Shown here in pieces: positions 10,801 through 20,000 of a stretch of 20,000 nucleotides of DNA (position 1 is its first letter; every line of letters starts with the position of its first letter). A program made the translations under genes and the position numbers. This stretch comes from Priapulus caudatus (lineage: Eukaryota): assembly GCF_000485595.1 (NCBI RefSeq), contig NW_014577065.1:486674-506673 (forward strand), read 5' to 3'. Below the pieces are notes generated by a model. The model did no database searches. It worked only from the letters and a program-made list of their open reading frames with translations, and had not been told where the DNA came from.

Positions 10801-13800
10801 CCATACTAACTAGTTCGTTCCAGAGCTCGGCCTCGCGAATTACTGTATTTTTTCAGCTAATGTACAAAGAAAATTTGGCAGATGTGCAACCGCATGAATC
10901 TTAAAAATAAGCACATGCGCTACTGTTAATATCTTTAATTTTGAACCTCAGACTGCTGACTCCCTCATTTTGCTGCGGACTCCCTCTTTTTGATCCCCCT
11001 TCGAGCTTATTTTCATACATATATTCAAAATTATTTAGCAAGCCAATTAAATCTCATGTACCTTATCACACTGTTTGTAACACCTTTTTCTAGGCGTTTA
11101 GTGAGACCATTTTTCATCCACGAGATCGTATTCTTTCTTATACTGTGTGTGCTATCGGTTGGAAACTTGCGTGCAAAGAAGGTATGGTATGAGATACTAC
11201 GAAGACTTGACACATCTTTATTTTCAAAGATAGCTGGCCCCTGTCATCAAAGAAAAATGCAGAATGTTACACTAACCTCGTACATTACCAAACATCAATG
11301 GTCATGTGATCGATTCCAGATGTTTATAGCATAATAAGTAAATTACTGTACAGAGACATCATTAATGTTAAACACATGAGCATAATATAAATAAATACAC
11401 ACACACACACACACGTTAGTCTAATTTCCGGGTTGTGTATTCAAAGTATTTTTAATCAAAAAATGCAAAATATGTAATACATTGTAATGTATTAATGCAA
11501 CTTCATGGAAAGAATATGATGTGAGGCTTCTTGTAACATTGTATCATATGCTATTATTGTGCATGTCACATTTTTATGATTAACATTCCAAAAGGGAATG
11601 TTAAAAAAACTTGTAAAGCATTCATTACTCACCATTCCACAGAAATCCGCTTCAAGTCTGTGACGGCATAGCTTATCAACAGTTTCTCTCTGATTAGCAT
11701 TACAGAAATTCACCATCTTGTGCCTGAGTGTGGAACTGAAATCACGCATAAGAGTTCATTTTATATTTTATATATTTTTCCGTATATTTTATCCGTATAT
11801 ACCAGTTCATAGTGATAGCTAGTATCAAATATACAAATACATCTAAATACACATTCCAGACATGCAAATCCTCTGTCACGAAAAATTACGCTGTTACAAT
11901 TTTTAGCACAGAAACCCCACACGTTCTAAAGAAATAGTGTTAACAGAATGTATTATTGCTAATGCCTGACTCACTTCAGTGGTGACTGAGCAAGCATGTT
12001 GTAAAAATAATGCTCATCCATGACGCGCACTGTCATCATGTACAACTGAATCTCATTCAGGCGGCTGTTTTGTCTTTCCTCAGCTGACACAATGTGCTGT
12101 GCAAAGTTCCTGGTGGACATAGAGAAGTGTAGACATCAGAAGAGTGTACAGGAGATTCACAAAGTAACAGACCTCCAACCTACAAACACCCAGATTTTAA
12201 CCTGGGTTTTAACACCCACATTATTTGAATGTTCACGGGCCGAATCTATGAACAATGATTCACAGAAATGAATGAAACTATGTATCTTGAACCAACAGTG
12301 CTCTGACTTCTGAGCAATCAACTCACATGAGAGATTTTGAAACCATTGATTTGAATAATTTCATGACTTCTAATACTTCAAGTCTTATTTGCACATAAAA
12401 CAAAGAGAGGGCATCTTGCCATGAAAGTGTCATACAGTAATATATTTAATAACTCGGAAGCCAAATTTTTAGATAAATACATAAAGCTGATATTGGAATG
12501 TTTTCAGAGAGCAGAAAATGTTTTAAACTTGCTGCTTAGCCTGATCATAATTTACTATCACTTTTTCTCACTAACATCTCCTTTAATAAGACAATGATGG
12601 GGCTGTCATGCATACTTTCATTCATAAAAACATACCTTCCAAGAATAAACCAGACAGAGTGGTGAGTGAGACGTCCAATGGGAGAAGCGCCCTTTCTGCC
12701 AAGGTTATAGAGGAAATCACAGCCATACCTGAAATAGATAATGGTATTCTAGAGATGGATACTGAGATAGTGAGTCTAAAAAGACCTTTAGCCAGTGTTA
12801 CCTGCATCCTGTAGCACACAAAAAACCTAACAATGGTGACAAATAAATAATTCACTTGCAATACACAAATCCAAAAAAACCCAGTGGGATACAGATGTAG
12901 ATATGCACACATGCTCACACATGCACCCAAGGACACACCAACACATGCAGATGCACACATGCATGCGCACACACACACAGAGAAAAAAGGCTTACCACAA
13001 TGGATCTCTGTCAAGATTCATTTTATTATATGCATAGAAAAATGATTTCCCCCTGTGTGGGGCCAGAGCAGCAGCGATGTCATCTACACTCCTTAGAGGA
13101 AGGTCAGCAGCGCTAAGGTTAATCACAAAGTCCCACACTCCCATCCTCAGCAGCTCCTCAAGACACTACACAGATAAAGATATATAACATAAAGTCATAA
13201 TATGGTATGCTAGGTAGAAATGGTAATAAACAAAAGAACCAACAGCATGCTCGAATTCTGTGTTTCTTGAAGCAGCATTGCCTGATGAGAACCTGTTATA
13301 AATGTTTGTATACACACTACCATTTTTGATTTTCACAAACAAGTCACAATGCTGCATTCTAATTCTCAAAATTTAAACAAACATACATATGCATTCGTTT
13401 AAAACTTTTCTCAATATAAACGTAGAACTTAAGGCAGCTTTTGTGTTGAGTCTATCTAATAAAAAATTGTTTATGGACAAAATGCCTAAATATAACACTA
13501 CTTTAATTATATATATTGATAGATTTCAGGGTGAAAACTGATTAGAGTTCTGGTGCACTAAACTTTTCTCACTTACTAATAGCTTATGCAGCTTCTTGTA
13601 TATATAATAGCATTCTCTAGTTGCAGGTAGTTTTCTAGTTAGTCGTTATGAAGTAGCATACAATGCTAAATAAAGATGACAACTTAGGAACTCTTTTCCT
13701 CCCAGCCAAACACACTGTAAGTCACTGTAAATTATCAAAATCTAGTACTAAAACACAATCTAAAAAATACAGTTCTTTATTAAACTCCAACAAAAAGCCA

Positions 13801-16529
13801 CCCTAAATAAAACACACGACAGTATATTTGGACCCAGCTAATGCAGTTATCACAGATATGTACCTCTAGGTGCGCTCGTATATAGTTCCATGATGCCCAT
13901 GCTGTTCTGAATGACCTCTCTATGGGAAGCATCCTGACATTGCCTTTCTCGCCATACCTATCACCCAGCAGATGATGCAGCTCCATCCTTGTGCTGTTTG
14001 ACTCCAAGCGAGTATCAACATGAATCACATAGAAATGTTGCTTGCGATAGATTAAGTCAAGTAGCTCCATCTGGTGTAAAGTAAATATTTGATACCAGTT
14101 ATAATGATCTTCAATATATAATTAACATAGATTCCAGTGCAGAAGAATGAGACGCTTTGTTCCTAAACATGTACCATGATCTGAACATTAAGCATGAGAA
14201 GAATGAGAAATGACTGCAATTAAATTTGTTATATATCAAATACACTGACTATCACTCACCACCAGCTCTGCTTTATTATGGACCAGTAGCATAAAGCCTA
14301 GTCTTGTTGGAATTAAGGGTAGATGGGGATGTTGCAGCAATGCCATCTGCTGTTGAGGATGAACGCCATTTTCTGGCAAAATGCGCCGTGTAAACTCCAC
14401 TATACTTGATGGTGACTGTCAATAAATGCACATTTTTTACATCATACTGACTAATCTATAAATAGTGGTAGTATTGTATAACATTTTCATTTCAATTTAC
14501 TATAAAATATTCATGATTCCCTACAAAGCTTTGGATAAACGAAATTCCTTCTCTAGTTATTCACACTTTACTGCATGGTATCATCCATTGCCTCTGTAAT
14601 ATTGAACCTCTCTAGCAATTAATCAGATGTCCATCGCATGCAAGTGAATTTTCAAACAAGCCTAGCTTCTTACAGCACTTTTAGAGTTGAAGTACTACTA
14701 CCAAGTCTCTTACTGTAGGATTTACAAACTCCGGTGGAAAACATCTGCCTTGTCGATTGTACTGGAATGCGCAATAGACATTCGTAATTTCTTTCCGGTG
14801 GTCTGATCGCAGTACTCTGCCTAGCACTTTCCAGAGGTAGTTTGATGTGAGATTGCCTGGCTGTGGCTTGCTATGGCACACGCCTCGAAACCTGAATTGT
14901 AAAACATAACAAAAGTGTGTGGTGAGTTCAGCAATTGACGATGTAGAGCATAGAAGAAGAGTAGCTAAGAATAGGTAGAAATAGAAGAATAGAAAAGAGG
15001 AGGATATCATCAGGAGTGGATAATAGAGATCATGTATGGAATAGGCACATATTTAATCTATTGCAAGATGTGTGTTATTTAATTTATATAATATGTAGCT
15101 GTTTGGTAAATATAATTATTAATGGAGAACACAAATTATACAAAAAGAAATACCCGAGATTGTAAACGTCTGCTACATCTGCACACTGAACTCCAAACAC
15201 CTGTGTCTCTGGGATAATATGTGGAAATACTTGAACATCGGATAGCTTTGAAACGCCTGTTTCTATAAAGCTGCTGTGCGTAATTAACATGACATGATGT
15301 CTTCTGCCCGTAAGTTGTGAAGGTACTTCACTTGGTACCTAAAAATAGATAAACAAGATAACAATTAGAGTAGTGTAGTGTAGTGTGGTGTGGTACTGTG
15401 CAGTGCAGTGCAGTGAAGTGAAATGTGTAGTGTGCAGTGTAGTATAGTGTGTAGTGTGGTGTACTGTAGTGTGTAGTGGACTGTAGTGTAGTGCAGCGCA
15501 GTGCAGTGCAGTGTTGTGTCATCGTGTCGTGTAGTGAAGAGTCGTATAGTGTAATGTAGTGCTTTGTAGTGAAGTACAGCTAGTGCAGTACTACTCATTA
15601 ACTTATGTAGTGTGTGTATTCATTAAAAGAAATAATTTTTGCTTCCACTCAAACATTTAGGAGTCACGTTTGGAAAATTAAGGGCCATTTCTAATAATTC
15701 ATGTAACATTTTTCATCAGATAATATGTGTCATAATACTCTGTACCAATATAATTTGCATCATATACCTCATGTTTTAAAAACAATTCTTCCAAATCAGC
15801 ATCATTCTCACAGGTCAGGTACAAGTCCACAACTTTTCTAATGCCTCTGACAGGATCATTTTTACAGAACTCATTGCTGAATGTAAATAGGCAAGCCTGA
15901 AATCCCATGCAGTACTTGATTGTACCACATGGTGGCGTTACATCAATGTGTTTTATGTCTAATGCATCAGAAATTGTGTACAGCCAACTCTCGTCTTTTT
16001 TGCCCAACTTCTTCAGGAACGACGGCGACAACCGTAGACTGTAATGGATTTTCGAAATGAAGTAGTCTTTTGGGCACATCAAGTAAACGCGTGGAGTAGT
16101 TTCCAAAATCTCATAACTGCGTCCAATAATCTCCACTGGTTCCTTCTCATAATATGCGTAGGATAACTGGATCTCCTGCTGTGATGGGTGCTTTATAAAG
16201 CCATCAATTAGTACTGGCATAAGCACCACCTAGTAACAAAATACATGTATGAACATAGGATGTTTTTATTCATATATAAACACTTATCAGGAGTTGATAA
16301 TAGGGGATTTTCCCTATTATCTACTCCTGACACTTATGTATGTCATGTAATACACTAAATAAAACGTGACCTGGTACTAGTGGTATAAAGCCCAAAGATT
16401 ATTACAATAAACTGCTACAATCCGTCGACTGTTCAATCACCAATATCATCTCACCAATAATATACAGCCAACACAGGTTGTTTTCTTTATGTTCACTACC
16501 ATTGCTATTGAATATATTGAAATCAGCAT
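7702..16529 (-). CDS. Xylosyltransferase-like (GT14/Branch + Xylo_C) protein with N-terminal SUEL-like lectin domain and two predicted C-terminal TM helices; 16 coding exons, ~1052 aa
   Basis: Hand-spliced GT-AG exons with consistent phases: 16529-16455, 16229-15768, 15338-15154, 14891-14714, 14415-14260, 14070-13864, 13165-12996, 12728-12636, 12109-11975, 11735-11633, 11240-11062, 10526-10337, 9806-9566, 9280-8728, 8210-8139, 7861-7702 (3159 nt). Motifs are collinear with animal XYLT1/2: RKEITNVYC, RLGFMLLVH, IYRKQHFYVIHVD, TAWAS, WDFVINLSAADLPLR, SVWFILGR, DEHYF, DFCG, TFFARKF, LNPGVWTV, LWTVEDV. Too divergent to assign the XYLT1 or XYLT2 symbol. Confidence 0.9.
8139..8210 (-). CDS. Coding exon 15, predicted TM helix 1
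   Basis: Tandem in-frame acceptors TTACAG|CTACAG (exon start 8210 or 8204). YRTVTLYGGLAGIVGLLLLTTYI(L). Strong donor CT|GTAAGT; phase 2 on both sides. Confidence 0.7.
8728..9280 (-). CDS. Coding exon 14, Xylo_C-like region and acidic linker
   Basis: Acceptor TTTGTCTGGATTTTCAG (phase 1). LVAPSGEV...LNPGVWTVNIH...LWTVEDV. Phase-2 donor TG|GTATGA; without splicing here the frame reads on to a stop at 8664. Confidence 0.85.
9566..9806 (-). CDS. Coding exon 13, Xylo_C-like region
   Basis: IENKGERTVKPARVSVHPK...WGHLRATHITT...DATCQ, donor C|GTAAGC. Confidence 0.85.
10337..10526 (-). CDS. Coding exon 12, Xylo_C-like region
   Basis: Acceptor TTCTTTTTTTAG, phase 2 matches exon 11. QLAVFSAH...YRYWIEFTV, donor GTGAGA. 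Confidence 0.85.
10694..11022. mobile_element. Degenerate hAT-like MITE in intron 11
   Basis: Left end CAGGGTGTGAAATTAAC, decayed right end CTTATTTTCATAC, and multiple subterminal GACTCC(CT)/GGAGTC motifs near both ends. Confidence 0.55.
11062..11240 (-). CDS. Coding exon 11
   Basis: GPAIFENKDVSSLRSISYHTFFARKFPTD..., donor AG|GTACAT. Confidence 0.9.
11633..11735 (-). CDS. Coding exon 10
   Basis: STLRHKMVNFCNANQRETVDKLCRHRLEADFCGM (compare XYLT CQYKHIVDWCGC). Donor GTGAGT. Confidence 0.88.
11975..12109 (-). CDS. Coding exon 9, with the predicted catalytic Glu
   Basis: NFAQHIVSAEERQNSRLNEIQLYMMTVRVMDEHYFYNMLAQSPL (compare XYLT PAESFFHTVLENSP). Donor GTGAGT. Confidence 0.9.
12636..12728 (-). 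CDS. Coding exon 8, GT14 domain
   Basis: (W)YGCDFLYNLGRKGASPIGRLTHHSVWFILG(R) aligns to XYLT LECDAHMWRLG...GSDWFLLNR. Donor AG|GTATGT. Confidence 0.88.
12996..13165 (-). CDS. Coding exon 7, GT14 domain
   Basis: CLEELLRMGVWDFVINLSAADLPLRSVDDIAAALAPHRGKSFF..., donor TG|GTAAGC. Confidence 0.93.
13864..14070 (-). CDS. Coding exon 6, GT14 domain
   Basis: MELLDLIYRKQHFYVIHVDTR...FRTAWASWNYIRAHLE, donor GAG|GTACAT. Confidence 0.93.
14260..14415 (-). CDS. Coding exon 5, start of GT14 domain
   Basis: SPSSIVEF...PTRLGFMLLVHNKAELV, donor GTGAGT. Not in the ORF track. Confidence 0.9.
14714..14891 (-). CDS. Coding exon 4, XYLT N-terminal stem-like segment
   Basis: KVLGRVLRSDHRKEITNVYC resembles XYLT1 ALSRAKSKHCRQEIGETYC. 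Donor ACA|GTAAGA. Confidence 0.85.
15154..15338 (-). CDS. Coding exon 3
   Basis: Acceptor TCTATTTTTAG. Only the phase-0 frame is open (VPSEVPSQLTGRRHHVMLITH...VYNL). Phase-2 donor GG|GTATTT. Confidence 0.8.
15370..15590. repeat. Compound pentanucleotide microsatellite (GTAGT/GCAGT)n in intron 2
   Basis: Read directly from the sequence; same type as 7353-7680. Confidence 0.9.
15768..16229 (-). CDS. Coding exon 2, SUEL/Gal_Lectin-like domain
   Basis: Acceptor TTTGTTACTAG, donor GAG|GTATAT. Translation includes LMCPKDYFISKIHYS...CMGFQACLFTFSNEFCKNDPVRGIRKVVDLYLTC. Confidence 0.85.
16288..16329. mobile_element. 42-bp CAGGAG...CTCCTG hairpin insertion with 8-bp TSD
   Basis: 18-bp arms with one mismatch; ACACTTAT at 16280-16287 and 16330-16337. 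Confidence 0.88.
16455..16529 (-). CDS. Coding exon 1 (start and hydrophobic signal/anchor)
   Basis: MLISIYSIAMVVNIKKTTCVGCILL followed by donor GTGAGA (phase 0), joining VVLMPVLIDG. An alternative in-frame ATG lies at 16502. An acceptor TTTTTCTAG at 16550-16558 implies an upstream 5'UTR exon. Confidence 0.65.
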
Positions 16530-16637
16530 TCCTTAGTGACACCATGGACCTAGAAAAATAAGTGGAAACAAAATTATACACCAGACGTCACTAGCTACAT
16601 TATAGTCTGGATTTATAGTATATTTGTAAAATATTAC

Positions 16638-16716
16638 CAGAAGTAGATAATACTTAATAGGGATTATACTAGTAATTAGTATAGGGATTCCCTATTATCT
16701 ACTTGAAGTACTTCTG
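16638..16716. mobile_element. Rearranged hairpin insertion related to 16288-16329
   Basis: CAGAAGTAGATAATA...CCCTATTATCTACTT...CTTCTG; decayed flanks ATATTAC/GTATTAG. Confidence 0.6.
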
Positions 16717-16875
16717 GTATTAGTTTATTAATATTACTTAGCATTTACGATTTCCCAGCCAGACATATCGATACCCCTGTCAGCCACAGGCGCCGCTTCA
16801 ATGATAACATGATACTGAATATGCACGAATTGTATTTACATCTAAGGTCTAAAGTTTTAATATATTCTCTATCAA

Positions 16876-17042
16876 CCAGATGAGACGGGATACCAGAGAA
16901 GTGTTGCCAAAAAGAGGTGTTGATCCTAACCGCTGAGCGCGAATCTTGGCAGTTCCTCGGCAAGGTGCATGCGACCGCGGGAACGTCCTACGACAGTATG
17001 CAGCGCTGGCAGCTATGGATTCGTGCGCCAAATGCATAGGCC
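16876..17042 (-). repeat. ~165-bp GC-rich repeat, copy B, at the presumed 5' end of the XYLT-like gene
   Basis: Inverted homologue of 540-701. Both outer ends read GGCC. Confidence 0.92.
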
Positions 17043-17903
17043 TTTGGACGGGGGATTAGACACGGGGCAGTACTAGATAAACTAATTAGCTGTAGTACTA
17101 GTACCCTAGAGCTAAACTAACCTCGTAGAAACTACGAGAGTGTACAGACGGGCGCTGGATAGAGTTTGGGGGGTTATAGCTAGACTGGTACCCGTTCGCC
17201 ACCTTCACTCCGGCAAGTATCCTTCGCTACACTGGAGTTAGTTAGTGTAGCATGTGGAACTGTCGACCGGGGAGCAGTGTAGGTTATAGCCGGCCGAGCC
17301 GTCTGCAGGAGTCATAGCGAAATGCTATGCATATAGCCTCGTTGCGCCATCTATCGCAGGCCATATGTACTACACTGTCACTGATATGGGGGCCTGAACT
17401 AGTCGCTGGCACAAAAAAGTTCTACTCCGTTTTTTACAGCAAACCAAGCGCGCCGAGTAGCGAACCAAGAATTACGACCATTTCTAGGAAATCTCTACCT
17501 ACGTGGGTAGTCAAACCCGTCGTGCAATCGCCAGAACTGCTCAATTCAGCGATTGCGTCTATAGTGGACCCGTTGAAATTGCTATTCAATGAGTGCAGCA
17601 TTGTTGTGTTAGTGTGCCGCTACGCGGCGTTTTTCGCGCTTCGCGCGATATCCGGGCTGCCGATCGTCTAGGCCTAATAATTTCACGTAAATGCCGTTCA
17701 AATGCTCCTCTGCAACACAGTCTCCCTACATGCTTGGCATGCCACTGTGGCTCATAGGGTCTATGTCCCCCAGGGTACTGCCGGAACGTACCCTGGTAAC
17801 TATTTGATATGGTTAGGGTTAGGGTTAAAGCCGCACTATGCGCATACAAACGCTAATTTCTCCAGTACTAGACTAGCAAATACTTCGTGTCATGCATAAT
17901 CAC

Positions 17904-18123
17904 CAGGGCTCGAATTAACCGACGGCACCGACGGCAATTGCCGCCGGTGCCCCTATCAATTGCCGTACTGCCCCTGAAAATCCAACTCGACCGACGGCAG
18001 TCACCTGCCTTGCCCTTTTGTGTAATTGCCGTCGGTGCCCTTTAATCTACTGCCCTAGTTTCGTTTTTAGTCGAATCAACATAACACGTGCGCGTGCGTG
18101 CTGTAGTTGCAATGATGAGCTTA
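17904..18123 (+). mobile_element. Left part of a hAT-like MITE (right end probably in the gap)
   Basis: Starts CAGGGCTCGAATTAACC, with dense subterminal GACGGCA / AATTGCCG / TGCCC repeats. Confidence 0.55.
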
Positions 18124-18635
18124 NNNNNNNNNNNNNNNNNNNNNNNNNNNNNNNNNNNNNNNNNNNNNNNNNNNNNNNNNNNNNNNNNNNNNNNNNNNNN
18201 NNNNNNNNNNNNNNNNNNNNNNNNNNNNNNNNNNNNNNNNNNNNNNNNNNNNNNNNNNNNNNNNNNNNNNNNNNNNNNNNNNNNNNNNNNNNNNNNNNNN
18301 NNNNNNNNNNNNNNNNNNNNNNNNNNNNNNNNNNNNNNNNNNNNNNNNNNNNNNNNNNNNNNNNNNNNNNNNNNNNNNNNNNNNNNNNNNNNNNNNNNNN
18401 NNNNNNNNNNNNNNNNNNNNNNNNNNNNNNNNNNNNNNNNNNNNNNNNNNNNNNNNNNNNNNNNNNNNNNNNNNNNNNNNNNNNNNNNNNNNNNNNNNNN
18501 NNNNNNNNNNNNNNNNNNNNNNNNNNNNNNNNNNNNNNNNNNNNNNNNNNNNNNNNNNNNNNNNNNNNNNNNNNNNNNNNNNNNNNNNNNNNNNNNNNNN
18601 NNNNNNNNNNNNNNNNNNNNNNNNNNNNNNNNNNN
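18124..18635. other. Assembly gap
   Basis: N run. Confidence 1.
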
Positions 18636-19186
18636 CCCATACTGCGCCGCCATACTGGACGTCACAAAGTGTATTTGCACCGGCGTAGGCGACTCCCTAG
18701 ACTCGTTAGTGGAGTAGGCGAGGTACGGTCCGGCATATTAGATAGTACCAGGGTACGTTCCGGTATACCGGACCGTACCCAGGGTACGTTCCGGCAGTAC
18801 CCTGGAGGGCATAGACTATTACTATTACTATTAGACCCTCTCAGCGCCACTGTGTGCAAACTTACAGAAGGATACCGGTACAATGATCGGTTCAAGGATA
18901 GAGAACATGTAGCCCATATCAACTTTCAATATGAATACTACAAATAGTACAATACTCCACTCCATATTTCTGTGAGTTTTTTTTAATGCATCTGACAACT
19001 ACTCACTTCAGAATTGCGCTGGGTTACGTCATGGTATCTATTCAGAATTATAGGGAAAGAGAAATAACAATTTTAATCACAAACATACACAAACGGAGAA
19101 CTGAGAGTTTATTTACGCTAATCAAGCGCCATCTCTCGGATACTTCGTCTGTATTTCGCACTATTTCGGCGAACGTCGCAACCGGC

Positions 19187-19383
19187 AGTTAGATGCGATA
19201 TGATATGACTACTAGGCACTTTAATTTAATTTAATTTTTTTTTTTTTAGGGTTAGGGTTAGGGTTTAGGTTAGGTTTAGGGTTTAGGTTAGGTTAGGTTA
19301 GGGTTAGGGTTAGGGTTTTTTTTTTTTAGTGCCTAGTAGTCATATCCTAAGTGCCTAGTAGTCATATCATATCGCATCTAACT
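19187..19383. mobile_element. 197-bp inverted-repeat element with telomere-like core
   Basis: Perfect 35-bp inverted arms at 19187-19221 and 19349-19383. (TTAGGG/TTAGG/TTTAGG)n at 19246-19315. Extra partial arm at 19328-19346. Confidence 0.9.
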
Positions 19384-19438
19384 AACGTCGAACGTCGGAC
19401 ATGACACGTGACCACTATTAAATTTCGCGCTACACCGG

Positions 19439-20000
19439 TTTATTACCTCCGCCAGGGGCATGGCGGGGGTTATGTTCTCACCGGCGAGTTTTTGAGTGTT
19501 GGTTTGTGTGTTTGCGTGTTACCATGCACGTTTCAGTTCACTTCCGCTAGGTGCGCTGGCTGTAGACTTACAAACACGCAACTAGTGGCAACTACAGGCT
19601 GAGGGGCAACCACAGTCCTCCCCCACCTGCACGCTCGCACTAATCCGAATCCAATTAATTATTTATTTAATTAATTAATTAATATTTTCACTTAATTAAT
19701 TAATTTTTCCACTTAAATTGACTACGTCACGAATTTTCCATGATAAAATTTGTAAAAAAAAATTATCATTTTTATACCTTAAAAGTAAGAAATAACGTTA
19801 CTAAATATATCCTCAAACTCTCACCTGATAAAAATGTTTTTACGTTGGTTAAATTTGCAAAAATCTAGACGATTTGGTAATTTCTGTTGTCTAACACTAT
19901 TCCCCCAGTACTGTTCAGATACTGGCATCGGCATATAAAGAAGGTATATAAGCATGAAAAGTAAACAGAAACACTAATTGTATTTTCATACATTTTATTT
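19439..20000 (+). mobile_element. 5' end of a non-autonomous Helentron (HINE/DINE-like); 3' end not identified in the window
   Basis: TTTATTACCTCCGCCA...TGGCGGGGGTTATGTT terminal hairpin followed by a GTTT/GTGT-rich tract, the typical HINE 5' layout. The right boundary is uncertain. Confidence 0.6.

Larger units (their letters stand above)
17759..18816. mobile_element. Inverted-repeat element (38-bp arms) with short internal TTAGGG tract and nested insertion
   Basis: 17759-17796 is the reverse complement of 18779-18816 with 2 mismatches. GGTTAGGGTTAGGGTT at 17811-17826. Extra partial arm at 18746-18763. Confidence 0.75.

Noticed and set aside
12622..13014. 130-aa minus-strand ORF and the acceptor at ~12809
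   Set aside because: Wrong frame. The XYLT-like sequence is in another frame starting at the acceptor before 12728.
16745..16810. MLSLKRRLWLTG... as the protein start
   Set aside because: Its best donor (TC|GTAAAT) does not keep frame into exon 2, and the 16529/16502 start gives a better hydrophobic leader. It is probably 5'UTR/uORF, though not fully excluded.
17327..18947. ORFs upstream of the gene and across the second gap
   Set aside because: No recognisable protein motifs. The shared QGTFRQYPGGHR peptide merely reflects the inverted DNA repeat.
19246..19315. True chromosome end
   Set aside because: The tract is short, degenerate and internal, enclosed by inverted repeats, and non-telomeric sequence continues beyond it.

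Overview
Eukaryotic (metazoan-type) genomic DNA with GT-AG introns, TTAGGG repeats and two assembly gaps (4032-4572, 18124-18635). The main content is one multi-exon gene on the minus strand, about 7702-16529. I assembled 16 phase-consistent coding exons by hand, giving about 1050 aa. It encodes a protein O-xylosyltransferase (XYLT/GT14)-like enzyme with an unusual architecture: N-terminal hydrophobic segment, SUEL/rhamnose-binding-lectin-like domain, XYLT stem, GT14 catalytic domain, Xylo_C-like domain, acidic linker, and two predicted C-terminal transmembrane helices. The remainder is rich in repeats: a ~165-bp repeat present twice in inverted orientation bracketing the whole gene, tiny CA...TG hairpin insertions with 7-8 bp target-site duplications, two inverted-repeat elements with telomere-like cores, Helentron/HINE-like ends, hAT-like MITE ends, a 31/66-bp minisatellite and microsatellites. 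Most ORFs in the supplied track are repeat or antisense artefacts. The gene model has no transcript support; the first exon and the last two exons are the least certain parts.
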